A stretch of DNA of 64,000 nt from an uncultured Chloroflexota bacterium (GCA_937974245.1 CALJKV010000064.1:23543-87542); one strand, 5' to 3'; numbered from the stretch's first letter, positions 20,995-31,469 are shown. Translations and numbers: made by a program. Notes: a model not told the origin generated them from the sequence alone.

Positions 20995-22095
20995 ATGAAT
21001 AAGAAACTTTTCGGGTTATTCGTGATCGGGCTGCTGTTGGTTGGGCTGGTTGCCCCCGTAGCGGCACAGGACAATGAAATTGCCACCAGTTGGACCTGCC
21101 CGGAAGGTTTTGAGGGGCAGCAATTGAATATTTACAACTGGTCAACCTATATTGCGGAAGACACGATTGCGAACTTTCAGACATTGTGCGGTGTCACTGT
21201 CACGTATGACACCTTCGAGAGCAGCGAAGCCGCTATCGCCCGCCTGCGGGCAGGTAATCCGGGTTACGATATTGTCGTTCCGGCTGGCAGCGATATTCCC
21301 CGTCTGATTGAGGAAGAGCTGCTGGTGCCGCTCGATATGACCAAAATCCCGAACTTCGCTAATGTGACTCCTCAGCTTACCGGGACTCCCTTTGACCCCA
21401 ATAACGAGTATGCCATTGGTTACCAGTGGGGGACGATTGGCATCGGCTATAACGTGACCAAAGTGAGCGAAGAAATCACTTCCTGGGAACAGATGTTCAA
21501 TTACCCGGAACAGGCAGTGGCGTGGTTGGAAGACCGCCGGGCGATGCTGGCCGGCGCCGCGTTGATGCTGGGCTACGACCCCAATTCAGAAGACCCGGCG
21601 GAAATCGAAGCGATGGCGGATTACCTGATTGAACATGGCAGCAACGTCATCTATATCGCGGGGGACGATGGTCAGGAACTGCTGGCGCGCGGCGAGGCTG
21701 ATATGGTGGTTGAGTACAGCGGTGACATCTTCCAGATTATGGATGAATGTGAATGCGATGACTATGCCTACATTATCCCCAGCGAAGGCGCAAATATCTG
21801 GATGGATATGATGGCGATCCCAACCGGCGCACAGAATGTTGAACTGGCGCACGTCTTCCTGGATTATATCCTTGACCCGCAGGTGGGGGCGGACATCAGC
21901 AACTATACGGCTTATGCCAGCCCCAACCAGGCGGCAATTGATGGCGGCCTGATTGACCCCGAACTCCTGAATGATCCGGCCATTTACCCCGATGAAGAAC
22001 TGCTTCAGCGGCTGTACTGGACCCAGGCCAACATTGACAGCGAACAGCTTTACAACGATGCCTGGGACGAGATCAAAATTCGTATTGGACAGTAG
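20995..22095 (+). CDS. potD: polyamine ABC transporter substrate-binding protein (PotD/PotF-like), copy 1
   Basis: Signal peptide, then LNIYNWSTYIAEDT...GNPGYDIVVP...YQWGTIGIGYN, typical of PotD/PotF-type binding proteins. Confidence 0.85.
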   Translation: MNKKLFGLFVIGLLLVGLVAPVAAQDNEIATSWTCPEGFEGQQLNIYNWSTYIAEDTIANFQTLCGVTVTYDTFESSEAAIARLRAGNPGYDIVVPAGSDIPRLIEEELLVPLDMTKIPNFANVTPQLTGTPFDPNNEYAIGYQWGTIGIGYNVTKVSEEITSWEQMFNYPEQAVAWLEDRRAMLAGAALMLGYDPNSEDPAEIEAMADYLIEHGSNVIYIAGDDGQELLARGEADMVVEYSGDIFQIMDECECDDYAYIIPSEGANIWMDMMAIPTGAQNVELAHVFLDYILDPQVGADISNYTAYASPNQAAIDGGLIDPELLNDPAIYPDEELLQRLYWTQANIDSEQLYNDAWDEIKIRIGQ

Positions 22096-22368
22096 CTTTC
22101 TACTGTGAAAGATGGGTATGGTTTCGCCTACCTAAAACTGCTGACGATTGTGGTGGGCGGCCAGAAGGCCGTCCCTCCTATGTTGTCAGTTACGATTCAT
22201 TGTTAGGGGAAGCGATACAAGGGTAAGGTATGGTAACGGCGGGGAATAACGCGCCATGCGGCTCCTGTTCCCTGGATGCCTTTTCTGGGTCACCAGAATC
22301 AGTTTTCCAAACCAATCGAATGTATCAGGTGTCCTATGTATTACTGAGTACGAAAGAGAAAAAAGACG

Positions 22369-23463
22369 TTGAACAAGCTAACCACCTTCGTATGTATTGG
22401 TTTGTTCGCACTCCTCACGAGTGCCACAGTGTTCGCCCAGGAGTCCGGCATCAAAACCGGTTGGACTTGTCCAGAAGGCTTTTCAGGACAGCAGCTCAAT
22501 GTGTTTAACTGGTCAACCTATATTGCCGAAAACACAGTGTCCGACTTTGAAACCCTCTGTGGCGTGACAGTGGTCTACGATGTTTACGACTCCGATGATT
22601 CGCTGCTCGCGCGATTGCGCCAGGGTAATCCCGGCTACGATATCGTAGTACCCAGCGACTTCGCTGTGCCGACTATGATTGAGGAAGGGTTGTTTGAACT
22701 GCTCGACCTCAAGAACATTCCTAATTTCAGTAATCTCAGCCCCGACCTGCGTTCCGCACCCTATGACCCGGACAGTGAGTACACCGTGCCATATCTATGG
22801 GGAACGTTCGGTATTGGCTACAATGCTGCCCATGTGGGCGAAGCAGTGACCAGTTGGGAACAGTTCTTCAATTATGATGGCCCGGTGGCCTGGATAGATG
22901 ACTCGCGCATCATGATCGCTATTGGTCTGGTGATGGTCGGCTATGACCCGAACTCCACCAACGAAGAAGAAATCACCGCCGCCGGTCAGTACCTGATCGA
23001 ACACAGCAGCAACGTGGTTGCCATCGCAGAAGATGACGGCCAGGAAATGTTGGTACGAGGTGAGGTGGATATGGCGATTGAGTACAACGGTGACATCTTC
23101 CAACTCGCACTGGATTGCGAGTGCGAAGATTACGCTTACACCGTGCCGGTAGAAGGGACGGGTTTCTCATCCGGATATGTGGGTATTCCTACGGGGTCGC
23201 AGAATCATGCCCTGGCGGAAGTGTTCATTGATTACCTGCTAGACCCACAGGTGAGTGCCGACATCGCTAACTACACAGCCTATCCGACTCCCAACCAAAT
23301 TGCGATTGACGAGGGGCTGATTGACGAGGCATTGCTGAGTAATCCGGGTGTTTACCCCAGTGAGGAAGCGCGAAAGAACATCTTTTTCGTACTACCGAAT
23401 ATCAAAATGGAAGAACTCTACCTGTCTATCTGGGATGAAGTCAAAATCAGCCTGGGGAGCTAA
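22369..23463 (+). CDS. potD: polyamine ABC transporter substrate-binding protein (PotD/PotF-like), copy 2
   Basis: Paralog of the preceding gene and collinear over its full length (LNVFNWSTYIAENT...GNPGYDIVVP...YLWGTFGIGYN). TTG start. Confidence 0.85.
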   Translation: MNKLTTFVCIGLFALLTSATVFAQESGIKTGWTCPEGFSGQQLNVFNWSTYIAENTVSDFETLCGVTVVYDVYDSDDSLLARLRQGNPGYDIVVPSDFAVPTMIEEGLFELLDLKNIPNFSNLSPDLRSAPYDPDSEYTVPYLWGTFGIGYNAAHVGEAVTSWEQFFNYDGPVAWIDDSRIMIAIGLVMVGYDPNSTNEEEITAAGQYLIEHSSNVVAIAEDDGQEMLVRGEVDMAIEYNGDIFQLALDCECEDYAYTVPVEGTGFSSGYVGIPTGSQNHALAEVFIDYLLDPQVSADIANYTAYPTPNQIAIDEGLIDEALLSNPGVYPSEEARKNIFFVLPNIKMEELYLSIWDEVKISLGS

Positions 23464-23603
23464 AGACAAGTCACGAGACGAAAGTGAGAAATGCCGGGTA
23501 GAAATATGGCAAATTGGGGCAGTCGTGTGTGGCTGCCCCTCAAGTCACTATCTGTTCGCAGTGGGCGGCGGCGTCTCCCACAAGTTGGACATTGATTGGG
23601 CCT

Positions 23604-24779
23604 ATGACACAGTATGATGTTGAACTGATTGATGTAACGAAGGAATTTCCGGCCAGGCGGCAGGATGGCCTGGTGCGTGCAGTGGATAACGTGTCTCTGC
23701 AAATCGCTGCTGGAGAGTTTTTCGCGCTGCTGGGGCCAAGCGGGTGTGGTAAAACCACCACACTGCGGATGATCGCTGGATTTGAAGATACGACTTCCGG
23801 TCAGATTCTGATTCGCGGCAGTGCTGTCCAGCATATCCCGCCTTTCCACCGCCCGGTGAATACGGTGTTTCAGGATTACGCCCTGTTCCCCCACATGACG
23901 GTCATCCAGAACATTATGTTCGGACTGGAAATGGAAGGGGTGAACAAGCAGGAAGCCCGGAAACGGGCGCTGGAAGCCCTGGAACTGGTGCGACTGCCGC
24001 AGGTGGTCAACCGCAAACCCCGCCAGCTTTCTGGTGGGCAGCAGCAGCGTGTCGCGCTGGCACGGGCGCTGGTCAAAAGGCCGGCAGTTCTACTGCTGGA
24101 TGAACCGTTGGGTGCGCTGGACTTGAAGCTGCGTCAGGCAATGCAGTATGAACTCAAAACGATGCAAAAGAGCCTGGGCATCACTTTTATTTTCGTGACC
24201 CATGACCAGGAAGAAGCGATGACGATGGCGGATCGTATCGCGGTGATGGATCAGGGTAAGGTGCTGCAAGTAGGCAAGCCGGAAGAAATATACGAAACGC
24301 CCAGCACGAAGTTCGTGGCGGATTTCATCGGTGAAACCAACTTTATCAAAGGGCACATCGGGGAGATAGGCGAGCCGTTTTCTACCGTGCAAATGGATGG
24401 TAAATCGGCCTTCAAGGCGGTGGTGGGCGAAGACCTGCATGTGAGCGCCGGACAGGAAATCACTGTAGCACTGCGGCCTGAGAAGCTTAACCTCTTCCGG
24501 CTCAAAGGGACGATTGAATATGAAGAAGGCTCAACCGAATCGGCTGAATCTTACAAGGCGGCGCTGCTGCGCGATCCGAATATCAATCTGATTCGGGGCA
24601 CAGTCAAACAGGCTGTGTATATCGGCACCGATACCCGTTATGTGCTGCGTATCGCCGGTAATCAGGACATCGTTGCCCGTATCCAGAACTTTGGGCTGCG
24701 TTCAGACACAGTTTTTGAGCAAGATGAAACGGTGAATATTTTCTGGAATGCAGAAAATGGGCGCGTGCTGCTGCAATAG
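23604..24779 (+). CDS. potA: polyamine ABC transporter ATP-binding protein PotA-like
   Basis: Walker [10 protein letters not shown], signature [15 protein letters not shown] and Walker B LLLDEPL, with a C-terminal TOBE-like tail. Start set to the ATG at 23604 ([11 protein letters not shown]). Confidence 0.9.
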   Translation: MTQYDVELIDVTKEFPARRQDGLVRAVDNVSLQIAAGEFFALLGPSGCGKTTTLRMIAGFEDTTSGQILIRGSAVQHIPPFHRPVNTVFQDYALFPHMTVIQNIMFGLEMEGVNKQEARKRALEALELVRLPQVVNRKPRQLSGGQQQRVALARALVKRPAVLLLDEPLGALDLKLRQAMQYELKTMQKSLGITFIFVTHDQEEAMTMADRIAVMDQGKVLQVGKPEEIYETPSTKFVADFIGETNFIKGHIGEIGEPFSTVQMDGKSAFKAVVGEDLHVSAGQEITVALRPEKLNLFRLKGTIEYEEGSTESAESYKAALLRDPNINLIRGTVKQAVYIGTDTRYVLRIAGNQDIVARIQNFGLRSDTVFEQDETVNIFWNAENGRVLLQ

Positions 24780-24797
24780 TGGCTCAGGAATGCGTGG

Positions 24798-25262
24798 TTA
24801 GAAATCAACACTCCCATCGCCATCATCATCCAGGAATCCGCCAAAAATCTCGTCTTCATTGTCCTCTGCCCGCCGCCTACGTTGTGAAGCGCCGCCGAGG
24901 GGGCGTTCAGTTGGCAGGCGGGTTCCTGATTGGCGCGGGGGTGTGTCGGCGGACAGGGCGGTTGGCGACGAGGGTTCCTCGGAATGACGGGCGACGGCGG
25001 AATCAAAATCGAGCGCCTGTGTCCGTGCACGTAAGTCCGCCCGTGAACGGCGATCCCGGCGGCCCGTTGAGCGGTTGGTGAGTTCTGGCTCGTCATCTTC
25101 TCCGCTGTTTAATACGCCAAACACGCCACCAATCCCGCTGAAGGCGTCCCACAGGCGCACGCCGGTTGTCCGCACAACAATAAACGCGACAACCACGAAT
25201 GTTCCTACACAGACTAACGACAGACCACAGACCGTCACTAGAATTAACCCGATATCCATCAC
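24798..25262 (-). CDS. small membrane-anchored hypothetical protein (paralog A)
   Basis: N-terminal TM helix containing VTVCGL, a charged tail and the motif LRARTQALDFDSAV. Paralogous to the next gene. Confidence 0.5.
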   Translation of the reverse strand: MMDIGLILVTVCGLSLVCVGTFVVVAFIVVRTTGVRLWDAFSGIGGVFGVLNSGEDDEPELTNRSTGRRDRRSRADLRARTQALDFDSAVARHSEEPSSPTALSADTPPRQSGTRLPTERPLGGASQRRRRAEDNEDEIFGGFLDDDGDGSVDF

Positions 25263-25282
25263 GCTACTCCCGAAAATTCGCG

Positions 25283-25615
25283 CTAATCATCTTCATCTTT
25301 CTCAGTGCCCGCCGCTTTTGTTTCTTCGGCACGATATTTTTGAACAGCAGCGTCGAAATCCAGCGCGGCGGCTTTGGCTCGCAGTTCTTCCGCCGAGTGT
25401 TCGTGCGCCTGGGCGTGTGCCTGTGCCTGGACAGCAGCGGCTGGTCTTTCTTCGTCTTCCTTCGGATCACTGAGCATTCGCAGTACTAGCATCCCAAACC
25501 CAAAGATGCTGCCCTTTGTAATTTGCAGCACCAGAAACGCCGCCAGCAGAATCGCAATAATGACGCCTAAAACCAACCCACACACGGTGATAACTTCCGG
25601 TGGTATATTGCCCAT
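25283..25615 (-). CDS. small membrane-anchored hypothetical protein (paralog B)
   Basis: N-terminal TM helix containing ITVCGL, and the motif LRAKAAALDFDAAV shared with 24798-25262. Confidence 0.5.
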   Translation of the reverse strand: MGNIPPEVITVCGLVLGVIIAILLAAFLVLQITKGSIFGFGMLVLRMLSDPKEDEERPAAAVQAQAHAQAHEHSAEELRAKAAALDFDAAVQKYRAEETKAAGTEKDEDD

Positions 25616-25653
25616 AATCGCACCTATAACAGAATAGTTGTCCCCAAGAGTCT

Positions 25654-26442
25654 TTACTTGCTGTTGATACTTGCCACCAACGGCGCAATTGCCCCATGAA
25701 TCGCGGCGAAGGTGCGCTCCAGGGTGCCTTCGATATCACTTTCCCCAATCAAGTCATCATAGTTCATGACAACACCCTTCCAGGGCGTGGTATTCCAGCG
25801 GGCCAGCGGCGGCAGTGCCACGTCCACCATGCCTTCCGGGACAGGGTAGGCATAGGCGTAAAAATAGGGACGGTTAAAGCCAGGGCTGGCGGGTGAAAAG
25901 CCAAAGTTCATGTGCGGGTCTGTCTGTTCGTCGTGCCCATTGGGGAACCACAGGAAGGCCAGGTCGAAGCCATGCGGCCACACACCTGCTGCCGATACCC
26001 AGCCATACAGCCCGGCATGAAACCGCGCCAGGCTGGAATATACACGGTGCAGTGCCCAGGCATAGTCCTCGGCTGTTTGCCCGTCTACATGCAGCGGGGT
26101 ATCCCCGGTGAGTTTGCTCCGGTCTGGCTTTATGGTTTGTCCGGCGTTTGCCAGTGTCGCCAGCACGGCATCGGTCAGTGTCGCCTGGGAGTGTCCGGCC
26201 AGGGGGATACTCGCTGCCGATTGGCCGGTGTAGATGATGGTTCGCTGGGCGAAATCGAGCATGAGTTCACCGCCACCGGGCAGCGGCCTGGTGATTAGTC
26301 CCTGCGGAATGACTCGTAATGTCAGATGCAACCAGTTGGGCAGCGGCGCGGCCATCGCCTGGTTGATCCCACCGATTACCTGGGCCGCCTGGTGCAGCCC
26401 GACTCGCGTTTCTTCCCAATTTGATAGTGCCGGGAGTGGCAT
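25654..26442 (-). CDS. DUF5996-like protein
   Basis: N-terminus LPALSNWEETRVGLHQAAQVIGGI...PLPNWLHLTLRV resembles my recollection of the DUF5996 consensus. Start set to the ATG at 26442 with AAGGAG upstream. Confidence 0.55.
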   Translation of the reverse strand: MPLPALSNWEETRVGLHQAAQVIGGINQAMAAPLPNWLHLTLRVIPQGLITRPLPGGGELMLDFAQRTIIYTGQSAASIPLAGHSQATLTDAVLATLANAGQTIKPDRSKLTGDTPLHVDGQTAEDYAWALHRVYSSLARFHAGLYGWVSAAGVWPHGFDLAFLWFPNGHDEQTDPHMNFGFSPASPGFNRPYFYAYAYPVPEGMVDVALPPLARWNTTPWKGVVMNYDDLIGESDIEGTLERTFAAIHGAIAPLVASINSK

Positions 26443-26613
26443 CGCGGTTCTCCTTGAAGCCTTGTGTATCATAGGTCGTCTTGAGACGAATCTCTTTTTA
26501 TTGTAGCATGGGGAGGCTTTTTACACATCTTGTCGGGCGGATGCGATACGCTTGCAGGCCGCCAGAGACTACACTAGAGTTAACCGTGTAAACGGTCAAG
26601 AGGATGGAAGAAC

Positions 26614-27030
26614 ATGATACCCGATACTCACAGAGACTTACTGGAAAAACCGATTCATGCGGTGCTAACGACATTGATGGCCGACGGCCAACCGCAGTCC
26701 AGTGTAATCTGGATCAGCTATGATAACGGCCTCATTCAATTGAGCAGCATTCTGGGGCGGCAGAAAGACCGCAATATGCGTCGCGATCCCCGTGTGACGC
26801 TGCTGCTGCTTGACCCTGAAGACTCATATCACTGGATGGAGATTCGTGGGGAAATAACCACTATCACGGAAGCGGGGGCGCTGGAGCACATTGACCGGCT
26901 CACCCGGCGATATACCGACCACGAACGATTCTACGGCGGGTATGCGGCGGCGGAACGTCAGCAGCGTGAAACGCGGGTCACGTATACCGTCACGCCGCGT
27001 AAGGTGATCGTCTACCCAAAGTCAAGTTAA
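26614..27030 (+). CDS. PPOX-class (pyridoxamine 5-phosphate oxidase-like) probable F420-dependent enzyme
   Basis: 138 aa. LLEKPIHAVLTTLMADGQPQSSVIW...MRRDPRVTLLLLDP...WMEIRG matches the split-barrel PPOX pattern. Confidence 0.75.
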   Translation: MIPDTHRDLLEKPIHAVLTTLMADGQPQSSVIWISYDNGLIQLSSILGRQKDRNMRRDPRVTLLLLDPEDSYHWMEIRGEITTITEAGALEHIDRLTRRYTDHERFYGGYAAAERQQRETRVTYTVTPRKVIVYPKSS

Positions 27031-27049
27031 GATACATAATAAATGAAAG

Positions 27050-27082
27050 AAGCCAGCAGCCGGAAAACCGCTGGCTTTTTTC
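27050..27082. terminator. intrinsic terminator between convergent genes
   Basis: Stem AGCCAGC / GCTGGCT with a 12-nt loop, followed by TTTTTT. Confidence 0.6.
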
Positions 27083-27139
27083 ATTTCCGCACTAGGTAAT
27101 GAGGAACACTCCCGGCGTTCTCGTGCTCTCTGCTTCAGC

Positions 27140-28267
27140 CTACGCCCCGGCGGTATTCACAACTGGCAGGATGGTGAAGGTGTTGAGCGCTTCGATTACG
27201 TCGGCATACATGCCGCTGGCATCTTCACTGTTCAGGTCAACCCCCGCCGCAGTCAGGCGCAGGTTGGCGGTATATAGTCTGTTGTCGTCACCATTGAGCA
27301 GGAGCGCCAGCCCGCTTTGCGTTTCACCGTCAGCGTCAGTGTAGCTGTAGGCTACTGAATAGCCGCTGTAATCCTGGCGTTCTATCGGGTTGGTACTCAC
27401 GATTGAAATGTTCGGGCGCGTGCTTTCCACCCAGGCCTGGGCGGAGTCGGCATCCTGGACTGCGGCATCCTGGATGTTTTCGAGGCGCAGCGTCAGGCCG
27501 TCAGCGTCAATGCTGGCCGGGCGTCCAGGGGCACTGTCGGCAATCGTCCAGGTTGCCGGGAAGCGCATGGCGAGGCCGGTTGTCTGGTCAATATAGGCGT
27601 TCCATTGGGCCGGGGTCCCGGCGAACTGCGTGATGGGTTTCAGAGTCGGCGCGAGCGTGTCCACCAGGTATTTCAGCATATCAGTGGCGTTTTCCGGTGC
27701 GACGACGCGCAGGTTGTAGATCCAGCTCCCATCCGTCCAGGCGGACTGGCGGGCGACATACGTCTGATCGCGCAGCGTCAACTCAAAGTCAGTGATGAGC
27801 CGGTCGCCTTCGCGGATACGTTCCGGGCTGGTTTCGCGCCAGTTGCTATATCGTGACCAGCTTTGTGCCAGCATCTCGGTTGACCAGTAGGCATCCACGC
27901 TGTCGAGCGTCAGGGGCGCCTCAGGAGCAACTGACGGGATGTAGACAATCGCCTGGACGACACTGCCCTGATTCGTGTTACTGAAGGCGATTTCCACTGT
28001 TTCGGTGTTATTGACGGGCTGGCCGGGCGTCCACCCGGTCGGGTCGGTTACGCTGAACAGGCCGCTGGGGTGGACGTAGGTTGTGTCCAGGCCAATGCTG
28101 CTCAGGTCGGCGATCGGCGGCGGCAGGGTGGGTGCAGGTGTCGCAGTTGCCTGGGTTGCGCTGGTTGGTGTGTTGACCCGCAGCAAGGGCAGGATGACGC
28201 TGCTGCCCATTGCAATCACCATAACCAGACCCAGAATGACGGTTACTCGTTTAGTCCCAGTATTCAT
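27140..28267 (-). CDS. membrane-anchored/secreted hypothetical protein (375 aa)
   Basis: N-terminal TM/signal anchor VTVILGLVMVIAMGSSVILPLL followed by a Thr/Pro/Ala-rich linker. No family recognised. Confidence 0.6.
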   Translation of the reverse strand: MNTGTKRVTVILGLVMVIAMGSSVILPLLRVNTPTSATQATATPAPTLPPPIADLSSIGLDTTYVHPSGLFSVTDPTGWTPGQPVNNTETVEIAFSNTNQGSVVQAIVYIPSVAPEAPLTLDSVDAYWSTEMLAQSWSRYSNWRETSPERIREGDRLITDFELTLRDQTYVARQSAWTDGSWIYNLRVVAPENATDMLKYLVDTLAPTLKPITQFAGTPAQWNAYIDQTTGLAMRFPATWTIADSAPGRPASIDADGLTLRLENIQDAAVQDADSAQAWVESTRPNISIVSTNPIERQDYSGYSVAYSYTDADGETQSGLALLLNGDDNRLYTANLRLTAAGVDLNSEDASGMYADVIEALNTFTILPVVNTAGA

Positions 28268-28577
28268 GACTTGTCTCCGGTAGTGATTCTAAAAACGGGC
28301 GAATCATACCGCAAAAGATGGCAGATGTTAAGCGGGTAACGGAACATGCGTTACCCAACAGGTAAAGAGTGTCTGGCATGAACCGAGTTATGCAACCCCC
28401 AGGGTTTGGGGAATTTGAATACCACAGCAAATAAGCTAAGATAAGCGGGTAATACACACAACGCGAATTAATATGCAAATCATTCGCGGTTGGCGAACTT
28501 GAGCATCGTCTTTTAATCACAACCTAAGAGTTCGTTTCTGATTCTCCCTTGATTGCGCTAATTGAATTTTAGAGGAG

Positions 28578-29441
28578 ATGGGACATATGGAAACCCAGAT
28601 TATTGTCGCGCTGATCTCGTCCTGCCTCGGCGGTGTAATTGTGGCAGTCGTGAATCATCTGCTCACCCGCAGACACGGCGAGGTGGAAGTCCAGAAAATA
28701 ATAGCGGAAACCAAGCATATTGAGACAATTACGAAAAACATGCTTGAGGAGGCTGAGCGCATACGAGAAGAAAGTTCAAAGGAACTGGAAAAGGTGCATG
28801 ATGAGATTTCCCTGGCGACACAAACAATCAGCCAGGTGACTACCTTCAAGAATTATAAAGACGCCTTTGGAGAGATGACGCAGTTTATCATCAACTATCT
28901 GGAAACCTGTAAAAAGAACAACGAACACGCCCCAACCGTTGATCTAAAACTCATTGCCGTTGCAATGACATTTTCCTGGGAGCATTTTATCAGCACCGAT
29001 CTAATCGAAATTATCAATGATTATCCAGCGGCATCTTTTAACATCAGCATCGCATTCGTTCATCATCATTATCTGCGGGTGCGCAATGTTGGGTCCACAA
29101 CCGGTATCAACTGGCCGGACATCTGCGAAAAACGCCTGAAGGATGTGCAGGAGTTTGAGAGAGACTGCAAGGAATCCTTTGGTAACCGTGTGACGTTTGA
29201 CTACAAGACGTTTCATAACCTGCCACACTGGCACGGCTGGCTGGTCAACAATTCCCAACTTTACCTGGGACGCACAGACTGGACATTCGAAAATCACACA
29301 CACAAACTGAGGGTCGGCCAGAACCTGTATCGAAGCTTTGACGATACAAATGAACAGGGTGAACAGCGAATCGAGCTATTCAAGAGCTGGCACCGGTACT
29401 ATTTTGAATACGAACCGTCATTTGAGGAGTATGCCGGTTAG
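28578..29441 (+). CDS. membrane-anchored hypothetical protein (287 aa), ORFan-like
   Basis: N-terminal TM helix, a coiled-coil-like charged segment, then a His/Trp-rich C-terminal domain. Visibly lower GC than its neighbours, and has its own terminator. Confidence 0.55.
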   Translation: MGHMETQIIVALISSCLGGVIVAVVNHLLTRRHGEVEVQKIIAETKHIETITKNMLEEAERIREESSKELEKVHDEISLATQTISQVTTFKNYKDAFGEMTQFIINYLETCKKNNEHAPTVDLKLIAVAMTFSWEHFISTDLIEIINDYPAASFNISIAFVHHHYLRVRNVGSTTGINWPDICEKRLKDVQEFERDCKESFGNRVTFDYKTFHNLPHWHGWLVNNSQLYLGRTDWTFENHTHKLRVGQNLYRSFDDTNEQGEQRIELFKSWHRYYFEYEPSFEEYAG

Positions 29442-29474
29442 CAATTGGCGGATGTCCCAACGCGAAGCATTACC

Positions 29475-29512
29475 CGCAGCGGTGAGCCGAGACCCACCGC
29501 TGCGAGTTTTTT
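29475..29512 (+). terminator. intrinsic terminator
   Basis: Perfect 10-bp stem CGCAGCGGTG / CACCGCTGCG with a 10-nt loop, followed by AGTTTTTT. Confidence 0.65.
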
Positions 29513-29515
29513 GCC

Positions 29516-31363
29516 TCACTCCACTGTGACGCTTTTGGCGAGGTTGCGCGGCTGGTCAACGTCCGCGCCCCGGAATGCGGCGATGTGGTAGGCCAGCAGT
29601 TGCAGGGGCAGTACCGAGATAATCGGGCCGAGCAGCGGCGGCACATCCGGCACGTACAGCACATGGTCGGCCTTCTCCGCCAATAGCGTATCGCCTTCGG
29701 TGGCGATGGCGATGACCCGGCCACCCCGCGCCCTGGCCTGCTCAATCTGGCTCAACATCTTATCGTAGAGCGCATCTTTGAGGGCGATCACCAGCACCGG
29801 CATGTGTTCGTCAATCAGCGCAATCGGGCCGTGCTTCATCTCGCCCGCCGGGTAGCCTTCGGCGTGGATGTAGCTGATTTCCTTGAGCTTGAGCGCCCCT
29901 TCCAGCGCAATCGGGTAATTGATGCCGCGCCCCAGGTAGAGGAAGTCGGTATAAGGGTAAAGCTGCTGCGCCAGGTCATGTACCGCCGCGTCATTTTCCA
30001 GTGTGCGGCCTACCAGGTCAGGCAGCCGGGCGAGGTCGTGGGTATGCACCCGACGCTGTTCCTGTGTCAGGACGCCGCGCAGTTGGCCTAAGTAGAGTGC
30101 CAGCAGGTACTGCGCGACGATGCTTGACGTAAAGGCTTTGGTGGAGGCGACACCGATTTCCGGCCCGGCATTCATGGTGAGATAGCCGTCACTGACGCGC
30201 ATGGCCTGACTGCCGATGGTATTCACGATGCTCCACAGGACGGCGTGCTTCTCGCGGGCTTCTTCCATCGCCGCCAGGGTATCCACCGTTTCGCCGCTCT
30301 GGGTGATTGCCAGCACCGCTGTGCGTTCGTCAATGATCGGATCGCGGTAGCGGTACTCGCTGCCGTAATCCACTTCCACATTCAACCGCGCCAGCTGTTC
30401 GATATAGAATTTGCCGACCAGTCCACTGTAGTAGCTGGTGCCGCAGGCTACCGTCACCATCCGGTTGATGCGCCGCGCCTGTTCCGCCGTCAGGTTGAGT
30501 TCTGGCAGCAGGACTTCACCATGCTCGAAGTCCACACGCCCGCGAATCGTATCGGTGATACTGCGGGCCTGCTCGAAAATCTCCTTCTGCATGAAGTGTT
30601 TGTACTCGCCCTTGGCGGCGTTCACCGGGTCCCAGGGGATGTCGTGGATTTCCGGCGTGATGGATGTGCCGTCCAGCGTTTGCACGGTAGCCTCTTGCGC
30701 GGTGATGGTCGCCATCTGGCGGCTTTCCAGGAAGATCATGCGCCGTGTGTGTTCCAGGATGGCCGGGATGTCGGAGGCGATGAAGTTTTCGCCAACGCCC
30801 AGCCCGACAGCCACGCCCCCGGCATTGCCGATCCGCACCGCCACCATCCGGTCAGGATGATGCTTGCTCATGACAACAATTGCATGAGCGCCAGTCAGCA
30901 GGCTGACGGCCTTCCGGGTCGCTTCGGCCAGGTCGCCGTTCGCGCCATTGTGGGCGAAACGTTCGATTAACTGCACAATCACTTCGGTATCTGTATCGGA
31001 CTGGAAGCTGATGCCTTCAGCCACCAGTTCCGCCCGCAGTTCGCGATAGTTTTCCACAATGCCATTATGGACGACGACAAAGTCGCCGCCCATGCTGATA
31101 TGGGGGTGAGCGTTACGTTCTGCCGGGACGCCGTGTGTCGCCCAACGGGTATGCCCGATGCCAATATGCCCGCTGACCGGACTTTCGTACAGACGTTGGC
31201 GCAGATTCGCCAGTTTGCCCACGTCGCGCCGAATATGGATTGCGCCGCGGTTGATGACGGCCACGCCAGCCGAATCGTAGCCCCGGTATTCGAGGCGCTG
31301 CAGGCCATCCACCACAATCGGCGCAGCATCCTGCGCCCCGATATATCCAACAATACCGCACAT
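29516..31363 (-). CDS. glmS: glutamine--fructose-6-phosphate aminotransferase GlmS
   Basis: Start set to MCGIVGYIG (the N-terminal nucleophile Cys must follow the initiator Met). Two SIS domains and a C-terminus ending ...NLAKSVTVE. Confidence 0.95.
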   Translation of the reverse strand: MCGIVGYIGAQDAAPIVVDGLQRLEYRGYDSAGVAVINRGAIHIRRDVGKLANLRQRLYESPVSGHIGIGHTRWATHGVPAERNAHPHISMGGDFVVVHNGIVENYRELRAELVAEGISFQSDTDTEVIVQLIERFAHNGANGDLAEATRKAVSLLTGAHAIVVMSKHHPDRMVAVRIGNAGGVAVGLGVGENFIASDIPAILEHTRRMIFLESRQMATITAQEATVQTLDGTSITPEIHDIPWDPVNAAKGEYKHFMQKEIFEQARSITDTIRGRVDFEHGEVLLPELNLTAEQARRINRMVTVACGTSYYSGLVGKFYIEQLARLNVEVDYGSEYRYRDPIIDERTAVLAITQSGETVDTLAAMEEAREKHAVLWSIVNTIGSQAMRVSDGYLTMNAGPEIGVASTKAFTSSIVAQYLLALYLGQLRGVLTQEQRRVHTHDLARLPDLVGRTLENDAAVHDLAQQLYPYTDFLYLGRGINYPIALEGALKLKEISYIHAEGYPAGEMKHGPIALIDEHMPVLVIALKDALYDKMLSQIEQARARGGRVIAIATEGDTLLAEKADHVLYVPDVPPLLGPIISVLPLQLLAYHIAAFRGADVDQPRNLAKSVTVE

Positions 31364-31469
31364 TATGAAGAGTCCTCCGTTTTGAATAGATGTAGACACA
31401 ATCCAGCCACACCGCGCCAGCGCAGCCAGACTGCCAGGAATCGCGCTTGAGCAGCCCTCAAGCCGATAC

